A stretch of DNA of 64,000 nucleotides, taken from an uncultured virus (IMG/VR IMGVR_UViG_3300032053_000046) (Duplodnaviria; Heunggongvirae; Uroviricota; Caudoviricetes). Shown one piece after another: positions 9,502 to 18,700 of this stretch; the stretch's first letter is position 1; every line of letters begins with the position of its first letter. The notes below the pieces were generated by a model, which did not search any database, was not told where the DNA came from, and saw only the letters and a program-made list of their open reading frames with translations. Location of the stretch: IMG/VR virus record IMGVR_UViG_3300032053_000046; one strand, written 5' to 3'. A program made the translations under genes and the position numbers.

Positions 9502-10535
9502 TGGATTTGATGTTTCAGAGAATATACGAGGTAAGTTCTAAGGAGAAATCCTCAAAGGAACTGGAGGCAATTGAGTTTGTCAAAGGTTCCTTTGAGGATG
9601 CCGGGCATGGAAATTTTGCAAAAGTTTTGAGGGATGTAGCGGCTAATGCTGTTAAGAGGTACGGAAGAACTGGTGAAAACGCGGTTCTTACTACCCTGAA
9701 GATGATGCAGGATAATCCTGAAGTCAAGGATAATAAGCCTCTCTCGGATTTTGTTTCATCTATACTTAAAGGTGGGACAAAGGTAAAAGAGCCTAAACCA
9801 GAAGAAAAGGTTGAGGAGTCTAAGAGTGTATGGAAGCGTGAAGGAGAAATGCTTACTAATGGTCGTTATGAAATAACAAAGACTCAGCATGGTTGGTATC
9901 GTCTTTGGGATATTGAAAAGGCAGATACCATAGAAGAGTTTCAGTCAGAGGCAGAGGCTAAGAGAGTAGCAGATAGGATAGCTGTAAAAGAAAGTTGGGA
10001 TGAAGGGGTTGTTTTAGAAGGTATACTCGATACTTTGGGCAAAGTAGTTACTGCTCCTATTGCTTTGGGATTTGGAATAGTTGGAGCTATTGCCGGTGGG
10101 ATTGCCGGGATGATTAAGGCGGGTTCAAAGCTCAATCAGGTATACAAGAAGGGTACTAAGGCGAGGAGAAAGAAGAAGGATTCCAAGGGTCGCCAGAGCG
10201 TAAAGGGTAGGGGTAAGAGACGTGCTGAAGTTAAGGGTCGTAAGGTACGTGGGGTGAAGGTAGACCCCAAGAAGAAGAGTCCTAAAGCGGCTGCGACGAA
10301 GCTGATTGCAGATAAGGGTGGGGATAAGAAGAAGGCAAAGCAGGCAGCGGTTTACTTGGCTAACGTGAATACGAAGAAGCCAGAATTGAATAAGTTTTGG
10401 AAAGAAGTGGCTTCACATATAAAGCCTGCTCCGAAGGTGAATATTCCAAGACCAAAGCCTAAGATAATCAAGATGCGAAAGCATAAGAGAAGGGCAGCAG
10501 CAATTTCCAAAAAGAAAAAGAGGGTAGGGTTATGA
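9498..10535 (+). CDS. Putative internal head protein with highly basic C-terminus
   Basis: MDLMFQRIYE N-terminus; modules delimited by VEE-S, VKE-S, VLE-G; Lys/Arg-rich tail. Confidence 0.6.
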   Translation: MMDLMFQRIYEVSSKEKSSKELEAIEFVKGSFEDAGHGNFAKVLRDVAANAVKRYGRTGENAVLTTLKMMQDNPEVKDNKPLSDFVSSILKGGTKVKEPKPEEKVEESKSVWKREGEMLTNGRYEITKTQHGWYRLWDIEKADTIEEFQSEAEAKRVADRIAVKESWDEGVVLEGILDTLGKVVTAPIALGFGIVGAIAGGIAGMIKAGSKLNQVYKKGTKARRKKKDSKGRQSVKGRGKRRAEVKGRKVRGVKVDPKKKSPKAAATKLIADKGGDKKKAKQAAVYLANVNTKKPELNKFWKEVASHIKPAPKVNIPRPKPKIIKMRKHKRRAAAISKKKKRVGL

Positions 10536-10834
10536 GCTTGTTTCAAAAAATGTATGAGTCTTCCATTGGTAAAATCAAAGTTCCTGCTGATTTAATGCCT
10601 CCTACAAAGTATTTGATTACTGGTGGGAAACTTCCAAGTGAACATCAGGCAAAGTTAGCAAGAGTTTTGGATGTTGTAGTTGGTGATGAGGCTGCTTTAC
10701 GAATTAAGAAAGGTATAATGACTGAAAAAGACCTTGTGTATCAGGATTTGTGGTACAATGTTAAGACTGAGCATGGTGACGTAATGTTAATTGATAATAC
10801 TGAGATAGATCATGTGGTTGAAAGAATGCCATAG
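10532..10834 (+). CDS. Putative internal head protein (MSLFQKMYE leader)
   Basis: Shared N-terminal motif with neighbouring genes. Confidence 0.65.
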   Translation: MSLFQKMYESSIGKIKVPADLMPPTKYLITGGKLPSEHQAKLARVLDVVVGDEAALRIKKGIMTEKDLVYQDLWYNVKTEHGDVMLIDNTEIDHVVERMP

Positions 10835-10839
10835 GAGGT

Positions 10840-11100
10840 ATGGTTATGAAACATGGGATAGCGGTTCTTGCTTTTTGTTTTTCGGTTATGGCTATAACAA
10901 GGTTTGATTCTTCAAAGGTGATTATACCCGACACAATTATCACAAAGGTAAGAAATGATTCTTTGAAGTTTGTTATTTATGATACGTTGAAAATCAAGGA
11001 AACTCTCAAAGACACAACTTTGATTGTTAGGATTGATACAGTAAAGTCCTCTAGTAAGCCTATTCCTGTTGTGGCACCAGTAATCAAAAAGGTAAAATAA
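10840..11100 (+). CDS. Small exported/membrane protein with DT-rich repeats
   Basis: AGGAGG RBS; N-terminal signal-like segment; repeated D(T/S) beta-type motifs. Confidence 0.6.
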   Translation: MVMKHGIAVLAFCFSVMAITRFDSSKVIIPDTIITKVRNDSLKFVIYDTLKIKETLKDTTLIVRIDTVKSSSKPIPVVAPVIKKVK

Positions 11101-11101
11101 T

Positions 11102-11551
11102 ATGAGCCTGCTTCAAGAGATGTATGAGGATATAGTAGAATCAGAAGAGTCAGAAGAGGAAGATTGTTTTATTTCTGATGTGACTCGTGGAGGGTATGAT
11201 GTTTCTTGTGGTGGTAAACATACGGGGCATTACAAAGAGTTTGATGATGCTTTGAAAGCGGTTAATGTTTGGCAGAAGAAGAACAAGTATTATCCTAATA
11301 TTTGGATGGTAAGTGACCACGGGAATGAAACTTTGATTGATGCTAAGGGTAAAGAGATACACGAGTCTGAGATTCTGACTAAGTTTTTGAATGATGGTAA
11401 GACGGAAGTTCTTGCTAAGATGACTAAGTATGGATTATCTGCCTACAATTATAGTAACCGATCACAGGCTTATAAAAAGGCAGAGGAGATGGGGGATGGT
11501 TGGGAGGTTGCTCAGATTGGTAGGCCGTTTTACATCAGGAAGGTAAAGTAG
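11102..11551 (+). CDS. Putative internal head protein (MSLLQEMYE leader), two modules
   Basis: Shared N-terminal motif; internal IHE-S junction. Confidence 0.65.
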   Translation: MSLLQEMYEDIVESEESEEEDCFISDVTRGGYDVSCGGKHTGHYKEFDDALKAVNVWQKKNKYYPNIWMVSDHGNETLIDAKGKEIHESEILTKFLNDGKTEVLAKMTKYGLSAYNYSNRSQAYKKAEEMGDGWEVAQIGRPFYIRKVK

Positions 11552-11552
11552 T

Positions 11553-11933
11553 ATGAGTTTGCTTCAAGATATTTACGAAGATGTAGCACAGCCTCAATCT
11601 ATATTTGATGCTGGTACGGTTGATGTTGAGAAGTTCAAAGAGTCAATTAAGGCACCATATAAGTATGCCTACCTGTCTACTTTGGGTGGTGACGAGCGTG
11701 CTTCGATATTACTCAGGGTTTCTTTAGATCCTAAAGATACGTGGAAGTATGATATTATGGAGAATTCTCGTTACATGCATTTTGACATAGGGAGAAACGG
11801 TTCTATAGATCAGTTTAAGAAGGCATATACCGTAAAGAAGAAATTCCGAAAGACACGAGTAAAGAGTTTGGATGACGCGGCAAAGAAGATTAACCAATAC
11901 ATAGAAGAAATCAGTAAGGAGAGTGCGGCATGA
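11553..11933 (+). CDS. Putative internal head protein (MSLLQDIYE leader)
   Basis: Shared N-terminal motif. Confidence 0.65.
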   Translation: MSLLQDIYEDVAQPQSIFDAGTVDVEKFKESIKAPYKYAYLSTLGGDERASILLRVSLDPKDTWKYDIMENSRYMHFDIGRNGSIDQFKKAYTVKKKFRKTRVKSLDDAAKKINQYIEEISKESAA

Positions 11934-12387
11934 GTCTACTTCAGGAGATGTACGTCAAAAAAATCATCTTGATGAGTCTCGGTATCCTCCAAAAGCAATG
12001 GATTACAACAAGGTAGACGATCCTGATGCTTTTTGGAAATACAATGTTGATGATGCTACAAAGAATAATGCTGTGATGTCTTTAGATAAGGCAGAGCAGA
12101 TTGGTGATGTGATTATGTGGTTGAATATGATTGCCGGAAATTGGAATGATGGGATAGGTAAGCCGAAGAAGTTGAGAGAGGCCGAGGCAGGAAAGGTTTA
12201 TTATATCCAATACGGAATTGGGAAAAGTGCTAAATATGTAGTTAATTTCCATGACGGGGTACAGAAACATAAAGATGGCAGTGATTTTTATGATATGAGA
12301 ATCTTTCACAATAAAAAAGATTTAACAAATTTTGAATTAAGTTTGTTGAAAGATAATTACAAGAAAAAACAAAGTGGAGAGAGATGA
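11930..12387 (+). CDS. Putative internal head protein, frameshifted at an A7 run (MSLLQEMYVKK leader; body in the -1 frame)
   Basis: ATG at 11930 after AAGGAG gives MSLLQEMYVKK; body NHLDESRY... is in the 11923..12387 frame. Confidence 0.6.
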
Positions 12388-12433
12388 GTAGATAGAAGAG
12401 TGAGTCTATAAAGTCAGTAATGGCTTCATAATA

Positions 12434-12521
12434 TAGGCGAAAGCCTAACAGATAAGCTCTAAAGAGCTTCGCGTAGTGTTTCCTTTGTGGGTGATAAAGC
12501 TCGAAAGAGCTTCGCGTGGTG
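12434..12521 (+). repeat. Three tetraloop hairpins, two of them a repeated unit
   Basis: TAGGC-gaaa-GCCTA; GATAAGCTC-taaa-GAGCTTCGCGTAGTG (12451-12478); GATAAAGCTC-gaaa-GAGCTTCGCGTGGTG (12493-12521). Confidence 0.8.
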
Positions 12522-12527
12522 GTTGCT

Positions 12528-13226
12528 ATGGCGTCTCCTCAAACTTTAGGAAACGAGCTAAGGCGTTATGATTCAATGATCTATGATTGGCTTGATACTC
12601 TAAAAGTCAATTATGGAGATATTGCAGGTACGCCGCGTCGAAATTTTGGTATTTTGAGGTGTTATTCAACTCCGCACCGTGCTGTTGCTGAGATGGAACA
12701 GATGCTTGTAAGGAAGGGTTGGCTTGATCCTAATAATCCTGGTATTGGTGATGGTACTGATGAGAACGCAGTAGAGACTTGGAAAAGAATACCACTTCCT
12801 TTTGTCTCAATATACCGGCAGACACCTACGATTGATGAGACTCGGTTTATTAGAGCAGGAATACGTGCTCTTACATACAGTGCTGACAGAAGATTAGCAC
12901 GATCTACGAGAACTCCTCTTCCAATAAATATCCCTTATCAACTTGATTTTTGGTATAAGAGGAAGTTCTCAGAAGCGTATATTTGGGAGTGGCTTTTTTC
13001 ACAGATGGCAGACTATGGAAATGCCCATAATGAGCTTTTTAGGACGGTCACTATAGGTAGTGGGTGGGGAGATAAGATAATACCTCTACGGCTTGAGGGT
13101 ATGTCTGATAATAGTGATTTAGAACCTTCTGAGTCAAATAGAATACTAAGATGTACTGTGGATATGATGGCAAGGGCATGGTTATTCTTTCCTATCAACT
13201 GTGCTCAACCCACACTGGTTTTGTAG
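12528..13226 (+). CDS. Tail sheath terminator/stabiliser (T4 gp15-like)
   Basis: RIPLPFVSIYR, PLPINIPYQLDFW and DNSDLE...RILR.T motifs. Confidence 0.7.
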   Translation: MASPQTLGNELRRYDSMIYDWLDTLKVNYGDIAGTPRRNFGILRCYSTPHRAVAEMEQMLVRKGWLDPNNPGIGDGTDENAVETWKRIPLPFVSIYRQTPTIDETRFIRAGIRALTYSADRRLARSTRTPLPINIPYQLDFWYKRKFSEAYIWEWLFSQMADYGNAHNELFRTVTIGSGWGDKIIPLRLEGMSDNSDLEPSESNRILRCTVDMMARAWLFFPINCAQPTLVL

Positions 13227-13227
13227 T

Positions 13228-13986
13228 ATGAACAAGCTGACAACTAAACTCACTGTCGAAACTGATGATGGGAGACCTGCAAGTTTTCCGTCTTTGGTAG
13301 TTGCTCCATTTGGGCAGAAATTTGTTTTCTATACCAAGCAGTTTACATCTGGTAGGACAAGTGACTCCCGTGTGACATTTACTTTACCATTTACGGTGAG
13401 TGTAGAGGCTGGTAGTGGTACATTGAATGGTAGTGTTATTACTTGGGGTGCTGTATCTGCCTCTGTTGCACTAGACTCTTTTGACATTGTGTATGTTGAT
13501 TCAGTAGGTAATGTTGTTATTACAGATACCTGGGATATGACAACTATAGCAGCGTCTATAGTTCTTGCTTTTGTATATGTGGGGCACACTGCAATTACTC
13601 GATTAGAGGAGTTTGAAAAGACAGGGCTTTACATATATGCTCAGAAACAGATATTAGTTGGTCCTGTGTGGTATTGGGAAGATAAAGAATATCTTGTAAA
13701 TACTGGTGATCAGCCAAGAGCGTTTTATGATCAGATAGGTGATAAGATTTATCTTCAATATAAGAAGGATAGTACAGTTTATTTACGTATATTTAACCCA
13801 TCTGATGAATTGTCTTGGAGATACATACCTAATACATTTATTCAAGATCCAAACATAATTCATTTCAACCGCGATCCTCAAACGTCTGTACAGTTTATTG
13901 CCGGTGCAGGGGATTTTGCAGACCAGACTGTATCTGACGCTGAATTATTTCCATTAAGTGTTACAGGGCTTAGTTTTCAGGTGTAG
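13228..13986 (+). CDS. Virion structural protein, beta-rich
   Basis: ATG right after the previous stop; ends in TAG in frame with the next ORF. Confidence 0.6.
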   Translation: MNKLTTKLTVETDDGRPASFPSLVVAPFGQKFVFYTKQFTSGRTSDSRVTFTLPFTVSVEAGSGTLNGSVITWGAVSASVALDSFDIVYVDSVGNVVITDTWDMTTIAASIVLAFVYVGHTAITRLEEFEKTGLYIYAQKQILVGPVWYWEDKEYLVNTGDQPRAFYDQIGDKIYLQYKKDSTVYLRIFNPSDELSWRYIPNTFIQDPNIIHFNRDPQTSVQFIAGAGDFADQTVSDAELFPLSVTGLSFQV

Positions 13987-13989
13987 TTT

Positions 13990-15741
13990 ATGTACAAGTT
14001 CAAGATCACAATAGATAAAACCAAAGTCACTGGTACAAATACAAATTTTGTGTATTTGTTCTCTGAACTTTGCTCCTCTATCCCTGCTGGATTCTGGACG
14101 CATGTGACCGATACCGTAACAGGTCTTGATATTAGATTCTTTGATACCAATGGTGTGACCGAACTCAAACGTGAGGTTGTACTATATTCAGCAGGTACGA
14201 GTAAGGTGGAGGCATGGGTACAGATACCTTCACTCGGTACGTCTGTGAATAAAGAGATCTGGTGTCAGTACGGTGGACCGACTGTAGCTAATAGTACGGC
14301 GGTGTGGTCAGATGTTCATACTGAGGCAGCATATCATCTTAACGGTCTTACGGACTCTTCAGGAAATGGTTGTGATGCTTCTATTGCTTCAGGCTCTCCA
14401 GCACCCGCTACTGGCAAGATAGGCAATGCTTATGTGTTCAACGATAGTAACCTTGATTATTTACAGGTCGGAACTCATGCCAATCTGAATTTAACTACTG
14501 TAGGTAGTCTTAGTGCCTGGGTCAAAGGTACACAGGCAGGTCATCATAGTGTAATTTTTGGAAAGGGTAACTACGGGATAGATCGCAATGGTTACACCTT
14601 TGATGCAATAGGTAATCTTAATCTTGAATTAGCAAATGCTAGTGGCTACGATTTCTTGGTTGGAGCCAATAATATAGGAGACGGTAACTGGCATTATGTA
14701 GTAGGTACTTGGGACTCAAGTACCATGAGACTATACGTAGATGGTATCGCTAGAGAGACTATGACTGAGACAGTGATTCCTGTATCCAATGTCTATGATC
14801 TTTTGATTGGTAAAGCTCCAGGATACCCTCAAACATTTAGGGGATATATCGACGAAGCTAGAATAAATTCTAGCTTATTAAATGCGAATTGGATAGCCAC
14901 CGAGTACGCCAACCAAAATGATCCTGCTACGTTCTCTTCCTCTGGATCTGAGGAAGTAGTTTCTTCAGACTTATCTATTAACATTTCAGACAATATTTCT
15001 GTAAGTGAGTTATTAAGCGAATCTATATTATCTTTATATTTACAGATTTTGGTTTCAGACAATATTTCTGTAAGTGAGTTATTAAGCGAATCTATATTAT
15101 CTTTATATTTACAGATTTTGGTTTCAGACAATATTTCGACTATAGAAGTAATTTCATTAGGTGGTTTGCCAGTATTTAATCCTTACATCTACATTCCCTA
15201 TTTGACGGGTAGTTATCTTCAGTATCTTCATTATCCCTACACCATAGAGATAGGTCATTTAAGTGGTGGTAATTTTGTAGTTGAAGATTCTGTTGTTATA
15301 AGTGACAATGACACTTATGATAGATGGCATAAATGGACAGGAACTCTTGGTCTAAAGTATCTCAGGGTAAGATGTTTCTCGTCTTTGATGGGTGGAGAAT
15401 ACTTTACCCCGCCTGCCAATTACAAACAGGTTTTGATATTTGATCCTTTTGAGTATCAAGAGACTATCGGGAATACTGAGAATATACAGATACTTACTGA
15501 GCCAGTTAATTTTGAGGCTTCAAGTGCGAAGTTAGGGCAAATAATCAAGACCTTCGAGTACGAAGAGTCCAGGGATTTTGAACAAGATGCTGTTTTATTT
15601 GAAGTAGGGACAGGATCTTTTGGACAGATAACAAAAACTTTTGAATACGAAGAGTCCAGGGATTTTGAGCAAGATATTATTCCTGCATTTCAGGTAGGCG
15701 CTGGGTATAGTGCTATTATGACTACTGTAAATATATCGTAA
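13990..15741 (+). CDS. DUF2341 + LamG/ConA-like domain virion appendage protein
   Basis: KITIDKTKV.GT.TNF, DIRFFD, EAWVQIPSL (DUF2341-like); WHYVVGTWD...LYVDG, F.G.IDEARI, WIATEY.NQ.DP (LamG_3-like). Confidence 0.85.
   Translation: MYKFKITIDKTKVTGTNTNFVYLFSELCSSIPAGFWTHVTDTVTGLDIRFFDTNGVTELKREVVLYSAGTSKVEAWVQIPSLGTSVNKEIWCQYGGPTVANSTAVWSDVHTEAAYHLNGLTDSSGNGCDASIASGSPAPATGKIGNAYVFNDSNLDYLQVGTHANLNLTTVGSLSAWVKGTQAGHHSVIFGKGNYGIDRNGYTFDAIGNLNLELANASGYDFLVGANNIGDGNWHYVVGTWDSSTMRLYVDGIARETMTETVIPVSNVYDLLIGKAPGYPQTFRGYIDEARINSSLLNANWIATEYANQNDPATFSSSGSEEVVSSDLSINISDNISVSELLSESILSLYLQILVSDNISVSELLSESILSLYLQILVSDNISTIEVISLGGLPVFNPYIYIPYLTGSYLQYLHYPYTIEIGHLSGGNFVVEDSVVISDNDTYDRWHKWTGTLGLKYLRVRCFSSLMGGEYFTPPANYKQVLIFDPFEYQETIGNTENIQILTEPVNFEASSAKLGQIIKTFEYEESRDFEQDAVLFEVGTGSFGQITKTFEYEESRDFEQDIIPAFQVGAGYSAIMTTVNIS
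14984..15137 (+). repeat. Perfect 69-bp tandem repeat (~2.2 copies)
   Basis: Unit starts at 14984, 15053, 15122; encodes SDNISVSELLSESILSLYLQILV. Confidence 0.95.
15535..15675 (+). repeat. Diverged intragenic repeat GQI(I/T)KTFEYEESRDFEQD x2
   Basis: Two copies 87 bp apart with mostly synonymous differences. Confidence 0.85.
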
Positions 15742-15751
15742 GGAGCTTGTC

Positions 15752-18700
15752 ATGTTCAAGAACAAAGGTCTGTATGAATGGAAATTGATCGAGAATGACA
15801 AAGTTGTGTCTGAAGGGTCACAGTGGAATACTTCAACGGATCAGATGCCATTGGTGTTTGGATGTTGGGAAGGTACTGGTCTGTTTAGTGGTTTTTCAAG
15901 AGAGATAACGCTGTCGGGATCTACAGTTCCAGCAGAGGACTTTCGCCAAAGATATTCTCCTTGGCAGCGCATCACTACTCTATCGAGTGGAAGGTCAACA
16001 TCTCTTAGCCTAATAACTGACCCTATCTTGAATAGTGCTTATGTACAGTATTTGTTTGCCCCTCCGGGTGCTCCTCGCACTATCAGAGTTATAGGATCGA
16101 ATTTTTATGCTGGTTCAGATTATCCTTATGATTATGCCTCTTTTATTGAGTTGTCAGTACCTATCACGCAGCAGATCAATCAATATCTATTCGTCAAGTA
16201 TACGATCTTTTATAGTTTTACCGCTGGAGGGTACAATTCACCTAACAATCACTATATCCAACGTAAGATTACACAGAATTTGATGTATTATGCGCACCAA
16301 GTTTTTGGACTTAATAGTAATGTCCAAGGGATAAGCCCGTTTAATCCACCAACCACGCTGAATAATGTGATGAGGCATATTTGGGAATTAGATATAGCAG
16401 CCAGCATTCAGTGGTCTGGTCCTTGTTATGGTCATAAATGGGTAAGGGACTATGCTACTACCGAGTTGGTTGGTCCAATGGGTGTTTTCGTTTTTGGCTT
16501 TCCGATGCGCGGTAGCAATCCTCAAGATATAGCTGTTACTATTGGATATTCTACCCCTTCTGATTTTGGACCCGCTATATCTCGTGTATTTGCACATCCT
16601 TCTGGTTATATGGACCAGATTTTTAGTGATCCCGGTCACACACCGTCGTCTCAAGGGACGATTGCTTTATCTGGAACACCTACCAATAAACATCCTATTA
16701 TCGGGCGTGTGCGGATTACAAAAACAGGGGATGCTTCAGATATTATTGATGATACATTCACTGTATCTGGTCCTCCTACGGATACTATTGTTACAGATAG
16801 TAGTCAAGGGCATTTAGTGGATGAACTTGTTCGGTTCACTTCCACAATTACTCTTCCTGATCCGTTGCTCCCTGATACTAGCTATCACATTGTTTATAAG
16901 AGCGGAACAAGCATGAAAGTGTCGTCTGTTCAAGGCGGTACTCCAATTACACTTAATGATGTTGGTACTGGTATACATACAGTTATTAGATGGAACACGG
17001 GACGATTCTCTCTTGAACTTGAGCCGTGGTCTTACATATATAGTGCAGGTTCATGGAGAGGTTATCCGGTATGGCAGTTGTCTATGGGCGTAGACGTCGA
17101 TGGCAAGATGCAAGCCCATGATAATCAGGAGAGCATAGCCGAGGATCAAGCGACGGCGAGAACAGACAACATGATAGAGGATCAAGTTCAGGTAGGGGAC
17201 TTTATCTATTCTATTCAGAAGAGCCGATCCACGGAATTGCAGAACGTGTGCCGTTGGCGTTTCTGGACCATTGAGACTTCTGAGGCGTTGTGTAAGTTTG
17301 GTACTACGGGAACAAAAGCATATCGGATGGTCAAGGTTGGTACTAATGTCTACATAGCGACATCAGACGGGTTGTACCTGTATAATACCCTTACTCCCAC
17401 TGTTGCACCGTCACTCTTGACAATTACTAATATCTTATCTAATCCAATTTATGATTTAGCGTATGACCCAATTTCAGGGTATCTATGGTCTGGTCATACA
17501 ACAGGTCTGAGTAAGATTGATCTTGGTGCGTCTACGGCAACTCAGTACATTACTGGTGTGGGTGAGAAATTGGAAGGGATGTCCGCTGGAAGAGCGCATA
17601 TTGCTACAGGTCAGTTGGAAGCGTACAATGGCCGTGTTATACGTGGAGGTTGTCAACTTCGTGCCGGGGATCAATATTTTACGGATGGCGAGAAGGCTTG
17701 GGTGCTGCAAGATGAAGTTCACGACGGGAATAGTATAGGATGGTGCTCTTTTGGTGGAGCCTACGATGGTTCAGCAAGAGGAACTTGTCTGCGAAAAGGT
17801 ACAAATGAAATTGTCGATGTTTCAGCACATAACCTTAATAGATACACTGTTGTAGTTACTGGAGTTGGTACTGGAAATATAACCACAGAGGATGCTTGGT
17901 ATTTAGAAGGTGTTACTGCTTATTACGAAGGATATGTAGTTCAGTTATCTGATAAAATATTCAAATTCCTTGTTCGACATAGTGGTGGAGGCGGTACGTT
18001 TTATGGGCAAACTTATGTTATAGGAGGATCACATAGATCGTTAATAATAGACGCATCTTTTTCCAGTTGGTCTCAGGAATATCAATACATGGGTTGGCCT
18101 TATGGGGGTACGACTAACTGGTGGGCACACGCATTCCGCAACACTGTAGACCTTGGAAACGGAGTTATCGTCCCTATTGCTCACTTTAACTCGATGCACT
18201 ATAATGCAGAACTCGGCTATCCAACACCGTTTGGGTGGAGCGGTTCTGCTTGGATTAAGGACAATACTGGCGACCGTCCGATTCCAAAGACAGGTACGAC
18301 TGCACTTCTTCAGGGTGTAAGTGTTGCATTCAACAACGCAACGGGCAAGCCGTGGGATCAACAGTTCGTTTTGGGCGATAGGTTCACTTGGGTTCACGGT
18401 CCCAATAAGATCAAGGATAATCTGCAAACAATGAGTGTTGCAGCTAAGAATTACCATGTTCCTGTAGATGTTGCAAATGCTATTGCATTTCAGATTCCTG
18501 CCGCGACTCCCTATGTCAAGCACGTAACGGAGACTACCGATCCAGATTTTCGAGCTACTGACCCCGACCCGATGGTTGTGAAAGTTATGGAGGGTGTAAC
18601 GGCATATACTTCTTATACCCCGACAATCACATCAACGTGGTCCGTGTCTGATTTACCTAACGATACGATAGCGTGTGGTTTGAATATCGCTGACGGTACA

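Noticed and set aside
11923..11960. Listed start MRHESTSG for the 154-aa ORF
   Set aside because: The ATG at 11930 has the RBS and the family leader; the listed start is probably an artefact of the frameshift
13984..13986. Genome-wide TAG recoding
   Set aside because: Many genes (MCP, sheath, tube, tape measure) end properly at TAG and coding density is high under the standard code
14984..15137. Possible CRISPR array
   Set aside because: Perfect in-frame tandem repeat with no unique spacers and no cas genes
6855..15675. Repeat pairs as DGR template/variable regions
   Set aside because: Differences are synonymous rather than adenine-specific, and no reverse transcriptase is present
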